64,000 bases of DNA from Eledone cirrhosa. Its lineage: Eukaryota. The notes beneath the pieces are model-generated. The model was not told where the DNA came from. It saw only the letters and a list, made by a program, of their open reading frames with translations, and did no database searches. The stretch spans positions 259,408,001-259,472,000 of the forward strand of contig OZ024740.1 of the NCBI GenBank assembly GCA_964016885.1, read 5' to 3'. Positions 40,099 through 56,508 of the stretch are shown here, piece by piece (the stretch's first letter is position 1; every line of letters starts with the position of its first letter). Both the position numbers and the translations under genes were made by a program.

Positions 40099-40506
40099 AC
40101 ACCATTACTACCACTGCCTAAACATCATCACCATCAACATCTTTGCAATGACTACCATCAGCAGTACCATGAACATACTACCACCATTTACTTAACACCA
40201 TTACTACCACTGCCTAAACATCATCACCATCAACATCTTTACAATGACTACCATCAGCAGTACCATGAACATACTACCACCATTTACTTAACACCATTAC
40301 TACCACTGCCTAAACATCATCACCATCAACATCTTTGCAATGACTACCATCAGCAGTACCATGAACATACTACCACCATTTACTTAACACCATTACTACC
40401 ACTGCCTAAACATCATCACCATCAACATCTTCACAATGACTACCATCAGCAGTACCATGAACATACTACCACCATTTACTTAACACCATTACTACCACTG
40501 CCTAAA
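40099..40506. repeat. 96-bp minisatellite, ~4.2 copies, in BAP1 intron 8
   Basis: Unit ACACCATTACTACCACTGCCTAAACATCATC...CCATTTACTTA starts at 40099, 40195 and onward. Confidence 0.95.
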
Positions 40507-40917
40507 TATCAATATCTTTACAACAACCGCCATCTCTACCACTACCACCGCACCATCACTACCAGTGTCACAATTTCCACACCATGTCAATAAACGTTGT
40601 GACACCCTAATGTCCTGTAGTTGGTCTGATACCAACAACGTCACCATCATTATCACTATCACTATCATCATCATCAACTTCACCATCATCATCTTCATCA
40701 TCACCATCGTTTTTATATTTACTTCTCTACACTCACATGGATTGGATGGGTCCTTTTCCAGCATAGCATCTCACCACTCACCACACTCCTTTGTCATATC
40801 CTCAGTGAGGGATGCTGACGACGATTCTCTTAAAACACAACATATCGCTTCAGTTACCACTTACCCAACAACAACCCCACCTAGATGACATTAGGTTCCC
40901 TATTTTTGTCTTTACAG

Positions 40918-41041
40918 TGAACCTTACCATGACATCTGGTTTAACCTCATGGCTGTTGTGCCTGACAGACGACAATTATATGAGAACAAACTGATGACAC
41001 TAAAGAAGAACCGACAGATTATCTTAGATACCTTACAACAG
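40918..41041 (+). CDS. BAP1: BAP1 coding exon 9
   Basis: cag|...|gtaaga, 124 nt; [41 protein letters not shown]. Confidence 0.96.
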
Positions 41042-41075
41042 GTAAGATTATAACACTATTATGTATATGTGTATG

Positions 41076-41184
<109 letters not shown>

Positions 41185-41200
41185 TTTATATATATATATA

Positions 41201-41243
<43 letters not shown>

Positions 41244-41335
41244 ATATATATATATGTATATATGTATTAAAGGTACAAAATAATTGCGTCCGTATGAAAA
41301 CTTGATACTCTTGGGGAGCAGAGTATCAATAATAG

Positions 41336-41533
41336 TAATATATAAGGGAACAAAGAATCAATGTTGCATCATATACATAATTGATCACATATTACATATG
41401 TTTCACTGTCGATCAGCTCGAGGAATGATTGATTAATGATCGAACCTGACTCGCATCTGACAGTGAAACGTATGTATTATGTAATTAAATATGTATATGA
41501 TGCAACACTGATTTTTTGTTCCCTTATATATTA
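41336..41533. repeat. Imperfect fold-back inverted repeat (probable Penelope pLTR remnant)
   Basis: TATATAAGGGAACAAA...TGTTTCACTGTC / GACAGTGAAACG...TTTGTTCCCTTATATA. Confidence 0.8.
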
Positions 41534-41541
41534 ATATTAAA

Positions 41542-41751
41542 TGGTGGATTGGCAGTATCGGTGGAGGGTCGGACGCCATGCTTTGCAGCATAGAGTTATG
41601 GCCCTTTATGATCTGAGTTCAAATCCCGAGGTTAACTTTGCCTTTCATCCTTACGGGGTCAATAAAATAAAGTACTAGTCACGCACTGGAGTCGATTTAA
41701 TCAACTTTCCCCTCTCCCAAAAATTGCGGGCCTTGTGCCTATATAAGAAAC
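41542..41751 (+). mobile_element. tRNA-derived SINE
   Basis: TGGCAGTATCGG, GAGTTCAAATCC, core GCCTTTCATCCTTACGGGGTC, tail GGCCTTGTGCC. Confidence 0.85.
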
Positions 41752-42360
41752 ACCTTCGGGTGGTTTTCTGCTAGCATGTGTAGTGTGTATATTGATATTA
41801 TACACAAGTATATATATGCATGTAGATATAATACATCAAATAAAATCGTAATTGACAATATAGACAGAAATTGAACGAAGACTGTGTTACACTCTCTTAT
41901 GTAATCAGTAACGTAATCCATGATACATTAAAAAAAGACAATATTATATATAAACTGCATTAGGAGAAAATTAGTGACGGAAATATATGAATGTTTATTT
42001 AAGCGATCGCTAACCGGAAGTGTTGACATTTGAAAAATTTTAAAGAAGTGAATCTTAAAATAACAAAATTATTTATATTTAATCAAGAATAACGAAATTT
42101 AGTAGATAAATTATGTAATATTCATTCATTATTTATTCAAAGTAATCCAACTTATTTTACAAAAAGGGACAAAAAAATATATTCTGTACGCAGTCCCGCA
42201 CTCCTTACTTTATTATAATTTAGATATATATGTATATGTATGTATATATGTATATATATATGTATATATATATATATGTGTATATACATATATATATGGT
42301 TATATATATATATTTAGATATATATATATGTGTGTATATATATATATGTGTGTATATATA

Positions 42361-42407
<47 letters not shown>

Positions 42408-42842
42408 GTATATATATATATGTATATATATATATGTGTATATATATATGTATGTATATATATATATGTATGTATATATATATATGTATGTATATATATA
42501 TATGTATGTATATATATATATGTATGTATATATATATGTATGTATATATATATGTATGTATATATATATGTATGTATATATATATGTATGTATATATATA
42601 TATATGTGTATATATATATGTGTATATATATGTGTATATATATATATGTATATATATGTGTATATATATATATGTATATATATATATTGTTATACTTTGG
42701 GAGGGTCATGTTGCCAATAAGAAACACACGCACCAGTAGCTTTCACTTCAATTTAATTTATTATATATTTATAAATTTACAAATTTATAAATTTCTGGTT
42801 GGTTGGTTGGTTCCACAACCAGATAGTTGTTTATATATATAT

Positions 42843-42887
42843 AGTCATAGTTCTTTCGTCACACACTCTGTGACCTCTTCAGTGACT
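42843..42887 (-). ncRNA. Minimal type I hammerhead ribozyme
   Basis: Minus strand: AGTCA-CTGAAGA-GGTCACAGAGTGTGTGAC-GAAAG-AA-CTA-TGACT. Confidence 0.7.
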
Positions 42888-43265
42888 GGGGATTTCTTTC
42901 TTCGTTTCTGTGCCTTTCCTTTCTTCTATCCTACGCCATTTTGTTTGTGTGTATATATATCTATATATATATATATATGTATATATATCTATATATATAT
43001 ATATATGTATATATATCTATATATATATATATATGTATATATATCTATATATATATATGTATGTATATATATCTCTATATGTATATATATATGTATATAT
43101 ATATGTATGTATATATATATGTATGTATATATATATGTATGTATATATATATGTGTTTATATATATATGTATGTATATATATATATGTATGTATATATAT
43201 ATATGTATATATATATATGTATGTATATATATATATGTGTATATATATATGTGTATATATATATT

Positions 43266-43294
<29 letters not shown>

Positions 43295-43296
<2 letters not shown>

Positions 43297-44230
43297 TTTG
43301 TTTTAGTCTCATTCATTCTCAGCCCCACACTCATCGACACAGTCTCAACCTCCCCCATCAAATCCTCTGCCTCCTTCACTATTTGTCACCAAAACTATGT
43401 CGTCGGCAAATTCAGCATCCGATACCTTTTTCGCCCTAACTCTCCTGCTCTGAGCCGGTGCTACAGTAAAGCCAGAGTCCTGGTGTTTCTCCAGTGCAAG
43501 GCGCATACAATAGTCCACTACGATGATAAAAAGGTAGGGAGCCAATGTATCTCCCTGGAGCACTCCAGCCAGTATCTGGTAGAGAATGTTGAGAAGCCAG
43601 AGGGGATCACTAATGTAGGCGGGAAGCCGCTGGAATTGGTTGAGGACTTCCTGTATTTGGGAGCAAAGATTGGGAATATGGAGGATGATGTGGTTGAGAG
43701 GAAGAGCAAGGCCTGGGCGGCGTGCCACAGCTTGAGATCGGTGTGGAAGTCGGACCTTCGTAGAGACCTGAAGGTCCGCCTCTTCATTGCTGTAGTGGAG
43801 TCTGTGCTGCTGTATGGGTCTGAGACTTGGACACTGACCAAGAAACTCACTCAGATGGTGGATGGGTGCTACACGAGAATGCTGAGGATGGCTCTGAACA
43901 TTAATCAGTATACACTGAGGATGAAAAACTCAGAGCTGTATGGGAGCATCCCAAACGTCAGCTCAAAAGTGACACAGAGGAGACTGAGGTTAGCTGGACA
44001 TGCTCACCGACATCCAGAGATGACATTGCACTCAGTACTCCTTTGGGAGCCCCTACATGGACACACTAGAAGAGGGAGACCAAGGTTAACGTATGTTGAT
44101 GCTCTAAGGACAGACACTGGTCTGTTGGAGACGCAGGACATGGCAGCGATAATGAGGGACAGAGACCGCTGGAGAGAACTCGTCCATGGATCTCGGGAAT
44201 TTTACCCGCCTTAGATAGATAGATAGATAT
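43295..44230 (+). mobile_element. 5'-truncated, 5'-inverted RTE-group LINE
   Basis: Minus segment [24 protein letters not shown]; plus segment [30 protein letters not shown]; (TAGA)n tail. Confidence 0.88.
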
Positions 44231-44249
44231 ATATGTATATATATATGTA

Positions 44250-44319
<70 letters not shown>

Positions 44320-44377
44320 GTATATATATGTATATATATATATATTATGTATATATATGTATATATATATATATGTG

Positions 44378-44430
<53 letters not shown>

Positions 44431-44486
44431 GTATATATATATATATATGTGTATATATATATATATATGTATATATGTATATATAT

Positions 44487-44565
<79 letters not shown>

Positions 44566-44859
44566 TATATATATATATATATATGTACATATATATATAT
44601 ATATATATGTACATATATATATATGTGTGTACATATATATATATATATATATGTACATATATATATATATGTACATATATGTATATATATATATGTATAT
44701 AAATATATGTATATAAATATATATATGTATATATATATGTATATATGTATGTATATATGTATGTATATATGTATATATATGTATATATATATATGTATGT
44801 ATATATGTATGTATATATGTATGTATATATGTATGTATATATGTATATATATGTATATA

Positions 44860-44892
<33 letters not shown>

Positions 44893-45001
44893 ATATATAT
44901 ATATGTATATATATATATGTATGTATATATGTATATATATATGTGTATGTATATATGTATATATATGTATATATGTATATATATATGTGTATGTATATAT
45001 G

Positions 45002-45034
<33 letters not shown>

Positions 45035-45097
45035 ATATGTATATATATATGTGTATGTATATATGTATGTATATATGTATATATATATGTGTATGTA

Positions 45098-45142
<45 letters not shown>

Positions 45143-45149
45143 GTATGTA

Positions 45150-45587
45150 TCATCATCATCATCACCGTTTTACGTCCGTTCTTCCACGCTAGCATGGGTT
45201 AGACGGGTTGTCCTGTTGTGGGCAGTGTCTGGTGTGGGCAGTGTCTGGTCGGCTGACCATGCCTTGCTCATACAGGAACTGATCTGGCTTGATTTCTACA
45301 GCTGCATGCCCTTCCTAACACCAACCTCATTTACAGTGAGTGCTGGGTGCTTTTTCGTGGCGCCTACACGTCCACTTTACAGTGTGGGCTGGGTGCTTTT
45401 TTGCCGTGGCACCTCCACGACCACCTTGCGGTGGGGGGGGGGGCATACTGTTTATATGCTTCAGCATGTACCCATGGGAGGTCGGGTACCCTGTATTACT
45501 GCGTGACGCCAGAAGTCACGGTCGTGTGTCATTGACTTTGAGAGGTGTAGTTGGGTAAGGTCGGCTTTTATCACCTCATCCCAAGTA
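45150..45587 (-). mobile_element. RTE 3' end fragment
   Basis: [10 protein letters not shown].. plus 3' UTR and (GAT)n tail; nearly identical to 61960-62390. Confidence 0.9.
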
Positions 45588-45731
45588 TGTATATATGTAT
45601 ATATATATATGTATATATATATGTATATATATATATGTATGTATATATGTATATATATATATGTATGTATATATGTATATATATGTACGTATATATGTAT
45701 GTATATATGTATATATATGTACGTATATATG

Positions 45732-45824
<93 letters not shown>

Positions 45825-45925
45825 GTATATATATATATGTATATATATATATGTATATATATATGTATATATGTATATATATATATGTATATATATATGT
45901 ATATATATATGTATATATATATATG

Positions 45926-45957
<32 letters not shown>

Positions 45958-45981
45958 TATGTACATACATATATATATATG

Positions 45982-46029
<48 letters not shown>

Positions 46030-46272
46030 TACATATATATATGTATATATATATAAATTCTTAATAGGAACAATATAAAAATATCCTTCTCTACTACTCC
46101 TAACCTAGCAGACATCATAGGAACAACGAACCACAGTAAGATCACCAAGACACAGCACCTCGACACAAACGCACCTACACCTGACAATAACTATATCGGC
46201 CTTAACAACTCCCTGGCAGCATCCAATAGTGTTGGCAACGGCATCCGCAGACGCAACCAGAATGACCGCGAA

Positions 46273-46866
46273 GTGACTGGGGAACATGCAGAACATGACG
46301 TGCGGAATAACAATCGCACCATCCCGCGTGCTGTGGGTTGTAATTGTGCTAACGACAGCTGCGGTAGCGTAGGTAACAACGTAGGCAGCAACAATGATAG
46401 CCTTACCATGGGAAATAGACGGAACCGCGACAGAAATTGCAACTGCCGCGACGGAGGACGCTGCCCCCTTAGAGGATACTGCTTGACTGATAGGGTTATA
46501 TATAGATGCACTATTACTAGCCACAATAGCGTTAAACATTATATAGGGGCCACCTCCGGCTCGTTCAAAATTAGGTTTCGAACACATCTCCACTCTTTCA
46601 CAAATAGAAAACTAAGGCACTCCACTTCGTGCACGGACTACATCACATCACTAAAAGACTTAAACATCAGCTTCTCCACGCACTGGGAGATTGTCGGCAG
46701 GGCTGCACCATACAACTTCAAGAGGAAATGCGATCTTTGCCTCATGGAGCTCTACCATATCATAACTGCACCCCACGAGCTCATCAACAGCAGAGCTGAA
46801 ACAGCGATAAGTTGTACACATCGCTTAAAAATATCCTTCTTTAGATGGGTTAAGGATGAAGAGTGA
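46273..46866 (+). CDS. Penelope-like GIY-YIG endonuclease domain (C-terminal fragment)
   Basis: CNCR..CPLRGYCL..VIYRC..HYIGAT..FKIRFRTH..SF..WEIV..CDLCLME..LINSR..CTHR. Confidence 0.88.
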   Translation: MTGEHAEHDVRNNNRTIPRAVGCNCANDSCGSVGNNVGSNNDSLTMGNRRNRDRNCNCRDGGRCPLRGYCLTDRVIYRCTITSHNSVKHYIGATSGSFKIRFRTHLHSFTNRKLRHSTSCTDYITSLKDLNISFSTHWEIVGRAAPYNFKRKCDLCLMELYHIITAPHELINSRAETAISCTHRLKISFFRWVKDEE

Positions 46867-46992
46867 AATAGTAGACTGGATCTCCCTGCAACAAGTCTTA
46901 ACACCCCGGCGGGCAGGCGCTGCAAAATAACACCCAGAAAACAATCCTTGCATACCAGACCCAGCCTCAGACAAACGGATGTGTATGTGTAT

Positions 46993-47039
<47 letters not shown>

Positions 47040-47604
47040 CATACTTACAATGTATGGATATGTAAGTGTGCGTGTGTATATAAGCATGTATATTTTTGCG
47101 TTTCTTTTGTGAGACATGCGTGTCTGTGTATGTATGTACCCTTTTTTTGTCTTCTTTTCTTTAGTTTTTTCTTTCTAAAAAAAATTTTTTCTTTCTAATT
47201 TATTGCTACATTTTTATAAATATATCGAGATTGATACTTTCCTTTAATTATTACACTCCCTTACCTCTTTTACTTCCGCATCTAAGTGTACGTGTGTGTA
47301 GGTGTGTTTATGCGTGCGCCTTCATATTCATATACTTATGATGTATCTATTCTGTCTGTAGATTACAGACATACAGATACATTTGCCCTAAATTTTAGAT
47401 TTACACACTTTTTCACTATACGTATACATATGTGCATACACATATATGCACATCTGTGAGCGTATTTACATACATATACACACACCTAACTATATTTCTT
47501 GATAGATTTTTATATATTTCAATCTCTAATTCATTTGTCTATTCAAAACCTGTTCCCAAACAGACCTATTGTATTGAATCTTTGTTCTTATCAATAAACA
47601 AATA

Positions 47605-47746
47605 TCATTATTTCTGAAGACAGCATATATATGTGAAGGTATGTATATTCCCTCTGATAGTTTGTATAAATATTGTACATAGATCTATTGAATATGCATA
47701 CCAATTCTAACACATATATGTCCTAGAAACGATCGTAAAATAATGA
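47605..47746 (+). ncRNA. Type I hammerhead ribozyme with ~105-nt stem II
   Basis: Stem I TCATTATTT/AAATAATGA (9 bp); CTGAAGA; long hairpin (GGTATGTATATTC/GAATATGCATACC); GAAAC-GATC-GTA. Confidence 0.75.
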
Positions 47747-47821
47747 ACTTTTTTTGTTTAATATAAGGAACTGTTTCTTTGTTTATTCATTATTTTTTTA
47801 ATAATTTATATATATATATAT

Positions 47822-49279
47822 ACATATTTAATACATTAACAGAGAAAGCTTTAAGCAATACTCTGACTGCCTTCCCTCTCACTCAACAAACATTAGGATA
47901 TACCTTAGTATAATCCCAATTATACGTTTGGGGTGCTAACTATACGTATTTTGCGGATAGCCAGTTGTATTATTTTATATGAGACATAATTAAAAACATC
48001 TCTCTTTCCAAACGATCGTTTCATTATAAGTTTTCTACAAATTGGGAAAATAATGTCCAGGTTATGTAGAAGCCTACACATAGTCCATAGGAATATATGT
48101 AGGTGGGCACTTATAAATCATCAGTGGATGCCTGACAATATCGATATAAAAAAATAAAAACCTTACCGATATTAACATTCAGCGATGGTACCCCTCCGTG
48201 CTAGAATGACCGCCAAATTTGAAATTCCAGCAGTCTCACAATGAGAAATCTCACACCGCCACCAAAGCGGAAGGGGAGGTCATTGCAAAACATAAAAGAA
48301 TAAAATAATATGCATGCGGGTCAATTAATTCTTTCAATAATTTTAACCATGTATGAAGAACTCAATTGTATATAAAAAAGATAAATATATGCATGTATTA
48401 TTTATACACGCATATAGGTATTTTCTTAGGCTAAAACCAGAGACAAGATACCGGAAGAACAATCAATATTTCATACAAAGAATAGATACAGAAAGTCATA
48501 CCTAAAAAGTATCTGGAAATATTCATTCCTGGCCAAATCAAGAGTATAATATTTAATACATTAACAGAGAAAGCTTTAAGCAATACTCCGACCGGCTTCC
48601 GTCTCACTCAACAAAGATTAGGATATACCTTAGTATAATCCCAATTATACATTTGGGGTGCTAACTATACGTACTATAAAGTATGTCCATAGAATCATTT
48701 GATAAGATATATACACCATTTCCTCTCCCAATCAGCATAATCAACCAAACAAAAAACCAATTAAACCAGGCTATAAGATTAAAAGGCACCTATGAAGAAA
48801 TAATAGATAAATAAACGACAGCCATCTATTCGCGATCAACAGCTATAGAATATTTACCCAGCATTTCAATAGCACGTGGAAATCGATTAAATATATCGTC
48901 AACCATACACAATTAGGTATAAAATTAAAGTTAGAAGAAAAAATGTATATAAACATACCAGGATTACATTTCTACCCCTTGGGGTTTCATTCGCTTTTGG
49001 AAATATCCGATCTAGGATAAATTCTTGAGCTTCGAAATCATCAGGAAACAAACTCACTTGGACGAAGATTTTTCTTAAATGATCCCCGCCAGAAACGAAT
49101 TCAAAATGGCTAAGAACTGTGACGTGGCAGTGGTCAAGTCAGAAAGAATGTGATTGGTGCCTTACGGCGAGTGACTGGTTGCTAGAAAGTGCAGCCTAAT
49201 ATTGCCTAAATTGCATCTCAACCTTATGGGAGATTATAAAATATAAAGATTTACATATACACAAACTAGACAAAGTCAT

Positions 49280-49314
<35 letters not shown>

Positions 49315-49640
49315 TTTGGCAACCATTCACGGTGTGGCTCAATGATGAATTAATTAATTAAATAATCAGAGCAATATACTATAAAGTATGTCCATATGTC
49401 CATAGAATCATTTGATAAGATATATACACCATTTCCTCTCCCAATCAGCATAATCAACCACACAAAAAACCAATTAAACCAAGATTAAAAGGCACCTATG
49501 AAGAAATAATAGATAAATAAACGACAGCCATCTATTGGCGATCAACCGCTATAGAATATTTACCCAGCATTTCAATAGCACGTGGAAATCGATTAAATAT
49601 ATCGTCAACCATGCAGAATTAGGTATAAAATTAAAGCAGT
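47822..49640. repeat. Local direct duplications (~125 bp and ~260 bp), probable tandem pLTR remnants
   Basis: 47822-47948 ~ 48549-48673; 48674-48930 ~ 49378-49636. Confidence 0.8.
48007..48128 (-). ncRNA. Hammerhead-like motif with long stem II
   Basis: Minus strand: TCCA-CTGATGA-TTTATAAG...CTTATAAT-GAAAC-GATC-GTT-TGGA. Confidence 0.6.
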
Positions 49641-49997
49641 AAACTATAGCCGTGTCATATTACAGGCCTGGATGGGGTCATTGTTTGGTTGAGAGGGGGA
49701 TCGTAGAACTCTGCGGTAGTTGATGGTCAACTTCTTTCGGACTTGCGCCTGCACAGACCGGTGGGGGTGAATTGGGATTCAAAAGGGAACGGGCGAAGAA
49801 CTCAAGAGCACACGATTTGTCCGTTCCCATGTCGATTCAATTTGGATTGCCTCGGAAACATAACCTTATTATGTAACAAGCTGTCTGATGATGTCACGGC
49901 ACTGGGCACACCAAACCGTGGGGCCACTGTCATTGAAATATGTATCACAGCATTATCATTAAAGGACTTTAACATCTGAAACTACTTCGCTTTTTTT

Positions 49998-53095
<3,098 letters not shown>

Positions 53096-53174
53096 GATAT
53101 ATATATATATATATATATACATAGATGTTTAGTAATGATTAATACAAAATGCACTTAAATATATATATATATAT

Positions 53175-53291
53175 ATAGGAACGAGTAGGACCCCGACGGC
53201 TGAGCTCAAGCCGTTTCGACGGATAATTCTGGACTAGAATTAGCCGTCGAAACGGCTTGAGCTCAGCCGTCGGGGTCCTACTCGTTCCTAT
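53175..53291. repeat. Perfect 48-bp-arm hairpin made from a hammerhead 3' half
   Basis: ATAGGAACGAG...TTTCGACGG / CCGTCGAAAC...CTCGTTCCTAT. Confidence 0.9.
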
Positions 53292-53368
53292 TACCCACTC
53301 TACTACCCTAAGTATTGAGTACTTTGGTGCGTTATGGTTCACCTGGTTCCTTACCACATTTCCTTCGT

Positions 53369-53408
<40 letters not shown>

Positions 53409-54432
53409 CATAGATGTTTAGTAATGATTAATACAAAATGCACTTAAACCGAATTCTTTATTATAAATTCACTTAAATAATTATCATCTCATTATGAGTC
53501 TCTTTTTTATAAAAGGATGCCACAGAGTGTACAATAGATGATGATTGCAATTTTTTTTAGCAACACTTCTAGTCCCACACTTTTGAAGGTTTATTATAAC
53601 ATTCTGTTGCTCTTTTATAACTCTAGTTAAACATGATACATATTAATAATAAATTATCGTTGTAATGTAATTAGATTATATAATTGTTATTTTATAAATG
53701 ATCTTATAAATATTATTGTAAGATGTATAAAAATGTTTTCAGACTTTTAATATAAACAACTACAAAAAACAATCAATATTAAATATATATATGAATCCAT
53801 GCAAGCGTGGAAGATCGACGTTAAACGATGATGATGATGATATATATGTATAATAATAATAATAATAAAATGTGGAGAGGAAGCACACGAGTTAGGATAT
53901 ATATATATATATATATGAAAACAGGGAGAAAGAGACGATTATGAGGAAGAAAAATATATTTTTTTCCTTTTTGTTTCTCTCTCTCTTTTTTCTGGGTTAG
54001 AAAATGATTAAAACAAAATGTTTTACTTTCTGTGAAGTGTTAAGGTATTGATTTATTTATTATTTAACAATGGCATTTATTTATCTATTTATATATTTAA
54101 TTATTGAGAGAATATATATTAAAAAGGAAAAAAAAATATTTTTCTTCCTCATAATTGTCGCTTTCTCCCTGTTTTCATATATATATATATATATGAAAGA
54201 CGTAAAATAAGAAAATTATAATAATTAACTTACTTACTTAAGTTTCACTCCAACTAATTAGTTTCTGAAAGGGGATATACAGAGTGTTCAAAGCTATGGA
54301 GAATTCCTTTCTTCATCATTTTGTATTGAACCACAAAGTTACTAGGACAAAACCTATCTCTTGCTAGCATAAGTATACTTCTGTATAAATATGTTGGTAG
54401 ATATACTAATTCTTTATATATATATGTGTATA

Positions 54433-54477
<45 letters not shown>

Positions 54478-54589
54478 TGTATATATATATATATATGTGT
54501 ATATATATGTATATATATATGTATATATATATATATGTGTATATATATATATATGTGTATATATATATATGTGTATATATATATATGTG

Positions 54590-54636
<47 letters not shown>

Positions 54637-54675
54637 GTATATATATATGTGTATATATATGTATGTATATATATA

Positions 54676-54706
<31 letters not shown>

Positions 54707-54879
54707 GTGTATATGTATATATATATATATATATATATGTGTATATATATGTATATATATATATATATGTGTATATATATGTATATATATATATATTTGT
54801 GTATATATATGTATATATATATATATGTGTGTATATATATGTATATATATGTATATATATATGTGTATATATATGTATA

Positions 54880-54913
<34 letters not shown>

Positions 54914-55093
54914 TATATATATGTATATATATATATATATGTGTATATATGTGTATATATATGTATATATATGTATATATATATATATGTATATATGTAT
55001 ATATGTATATATGTATATATATGTGTATATATATGTATATATATATATATATGTGTATATATATGTATATGTATATATATGTATATATATATG

Positions 55094-55156
<63 letters not shown>

Positions 55157-55173
55157 GTATATATATGTATATG

Positions 55174-55204
<31 letters not shown>

Positions 55205-55215
55205 GTATATATATG

Positions 55216-55250
<35 letters not shown>

Positions 55251-55251
55251 G

Positions 55252-55282
<31 letters not shown>

Positions 55283-55293
55283 GTATATATATG

Positions 55294-55326
<33 letters not shown>

Positions 55327-55329
55327 GTG

Positions 55330-55360
<31 letters not shown>

Positions 55361-55534
55361 GTATATATGTGTGTATATATGTATATGTATATATGTATAT
55401 ACATATACATATATATATATACATATACATATATATATATATACACATATATACACATATATACATATATATATATATACACAAATATATATATATATAC
55501 ATATATATACACACATATATATATACATATATAC

Positions 55535-55621
<87 letters not shown>

Positions 55622-55627
55622 TATACA

Positions 55628-55767
<140 letters not shown>

Positions 55768-55774
55768 TATACAC

Positions 55775-56023
<249 letters not shown>

Positions 56024-56038
56024 TATATATATATATAT

Positions 56039-56081
<43 letters not shown>

Positions 56082-56135
56082 TATATATATATACACATAT
56101 ATATATATATACACATATATATAATATATATATAT

Positions 56136-56178
<43 letters not shown>

Positions 56179-56463
56179 CAAATAACGAAACGAAATTAAA
56201 TTTCGTTTCGCTTCTAACTTACTTTTGTATGACTGACGCTTAAACAATTAAGTTAAAGTGTACATCTACATATGTATACGGAAGTATTAGTATGCATATA
56301 AATACACACATGTATACATATGTACATGTACTCAGCTTTTCACTAGACACTTTACAGTGAGTGTCAGCTAGTCTGTATGTAACCACACAGGCGGACCGGG
56401 TTTTAGAGTCATACGAGTTTTCAAGGAAACACATTTCCTCTATTCTCCAGAGGGCCAGACAGG

Positions 56464-56508
56464 AATATTGGACTAGTTTCGATGTTATTACATCTCATCA
56501 GCAATATT
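56464..56508 (-). ncRNA. Minimal type I hammerhead ribozyme (intact)
   Basis: AATATTG-CTGATGA-GATGTAATAACATC-GAAAC-TA-GTC-CAATATT. Confidence 0.88.

Larger units (their letters stand above)
46055..47800 (+). mobile_element. 5'-truncated Penelope-like element (GIY-YIG end + 3' pseudo-LTR with hammerhead)
   Basis: GIY-YIG ORF followed by a sense-strand hammerhead motif at 47605-47746. Confidence 0.82.

Noticed and set aside
40006-40593. 195-aa His-rich repeat ORF
   Set aside because: Product of a 96-bp intronic minisatellite; BAP1 exons 8 and 9 join in frame without it
54245-54325. GAAAC-TAATTA-GTT half-motif on minus strand (similar halves near 25400 and 42735)
   Set aside because: Core is mutated or absent and stem I does not pair
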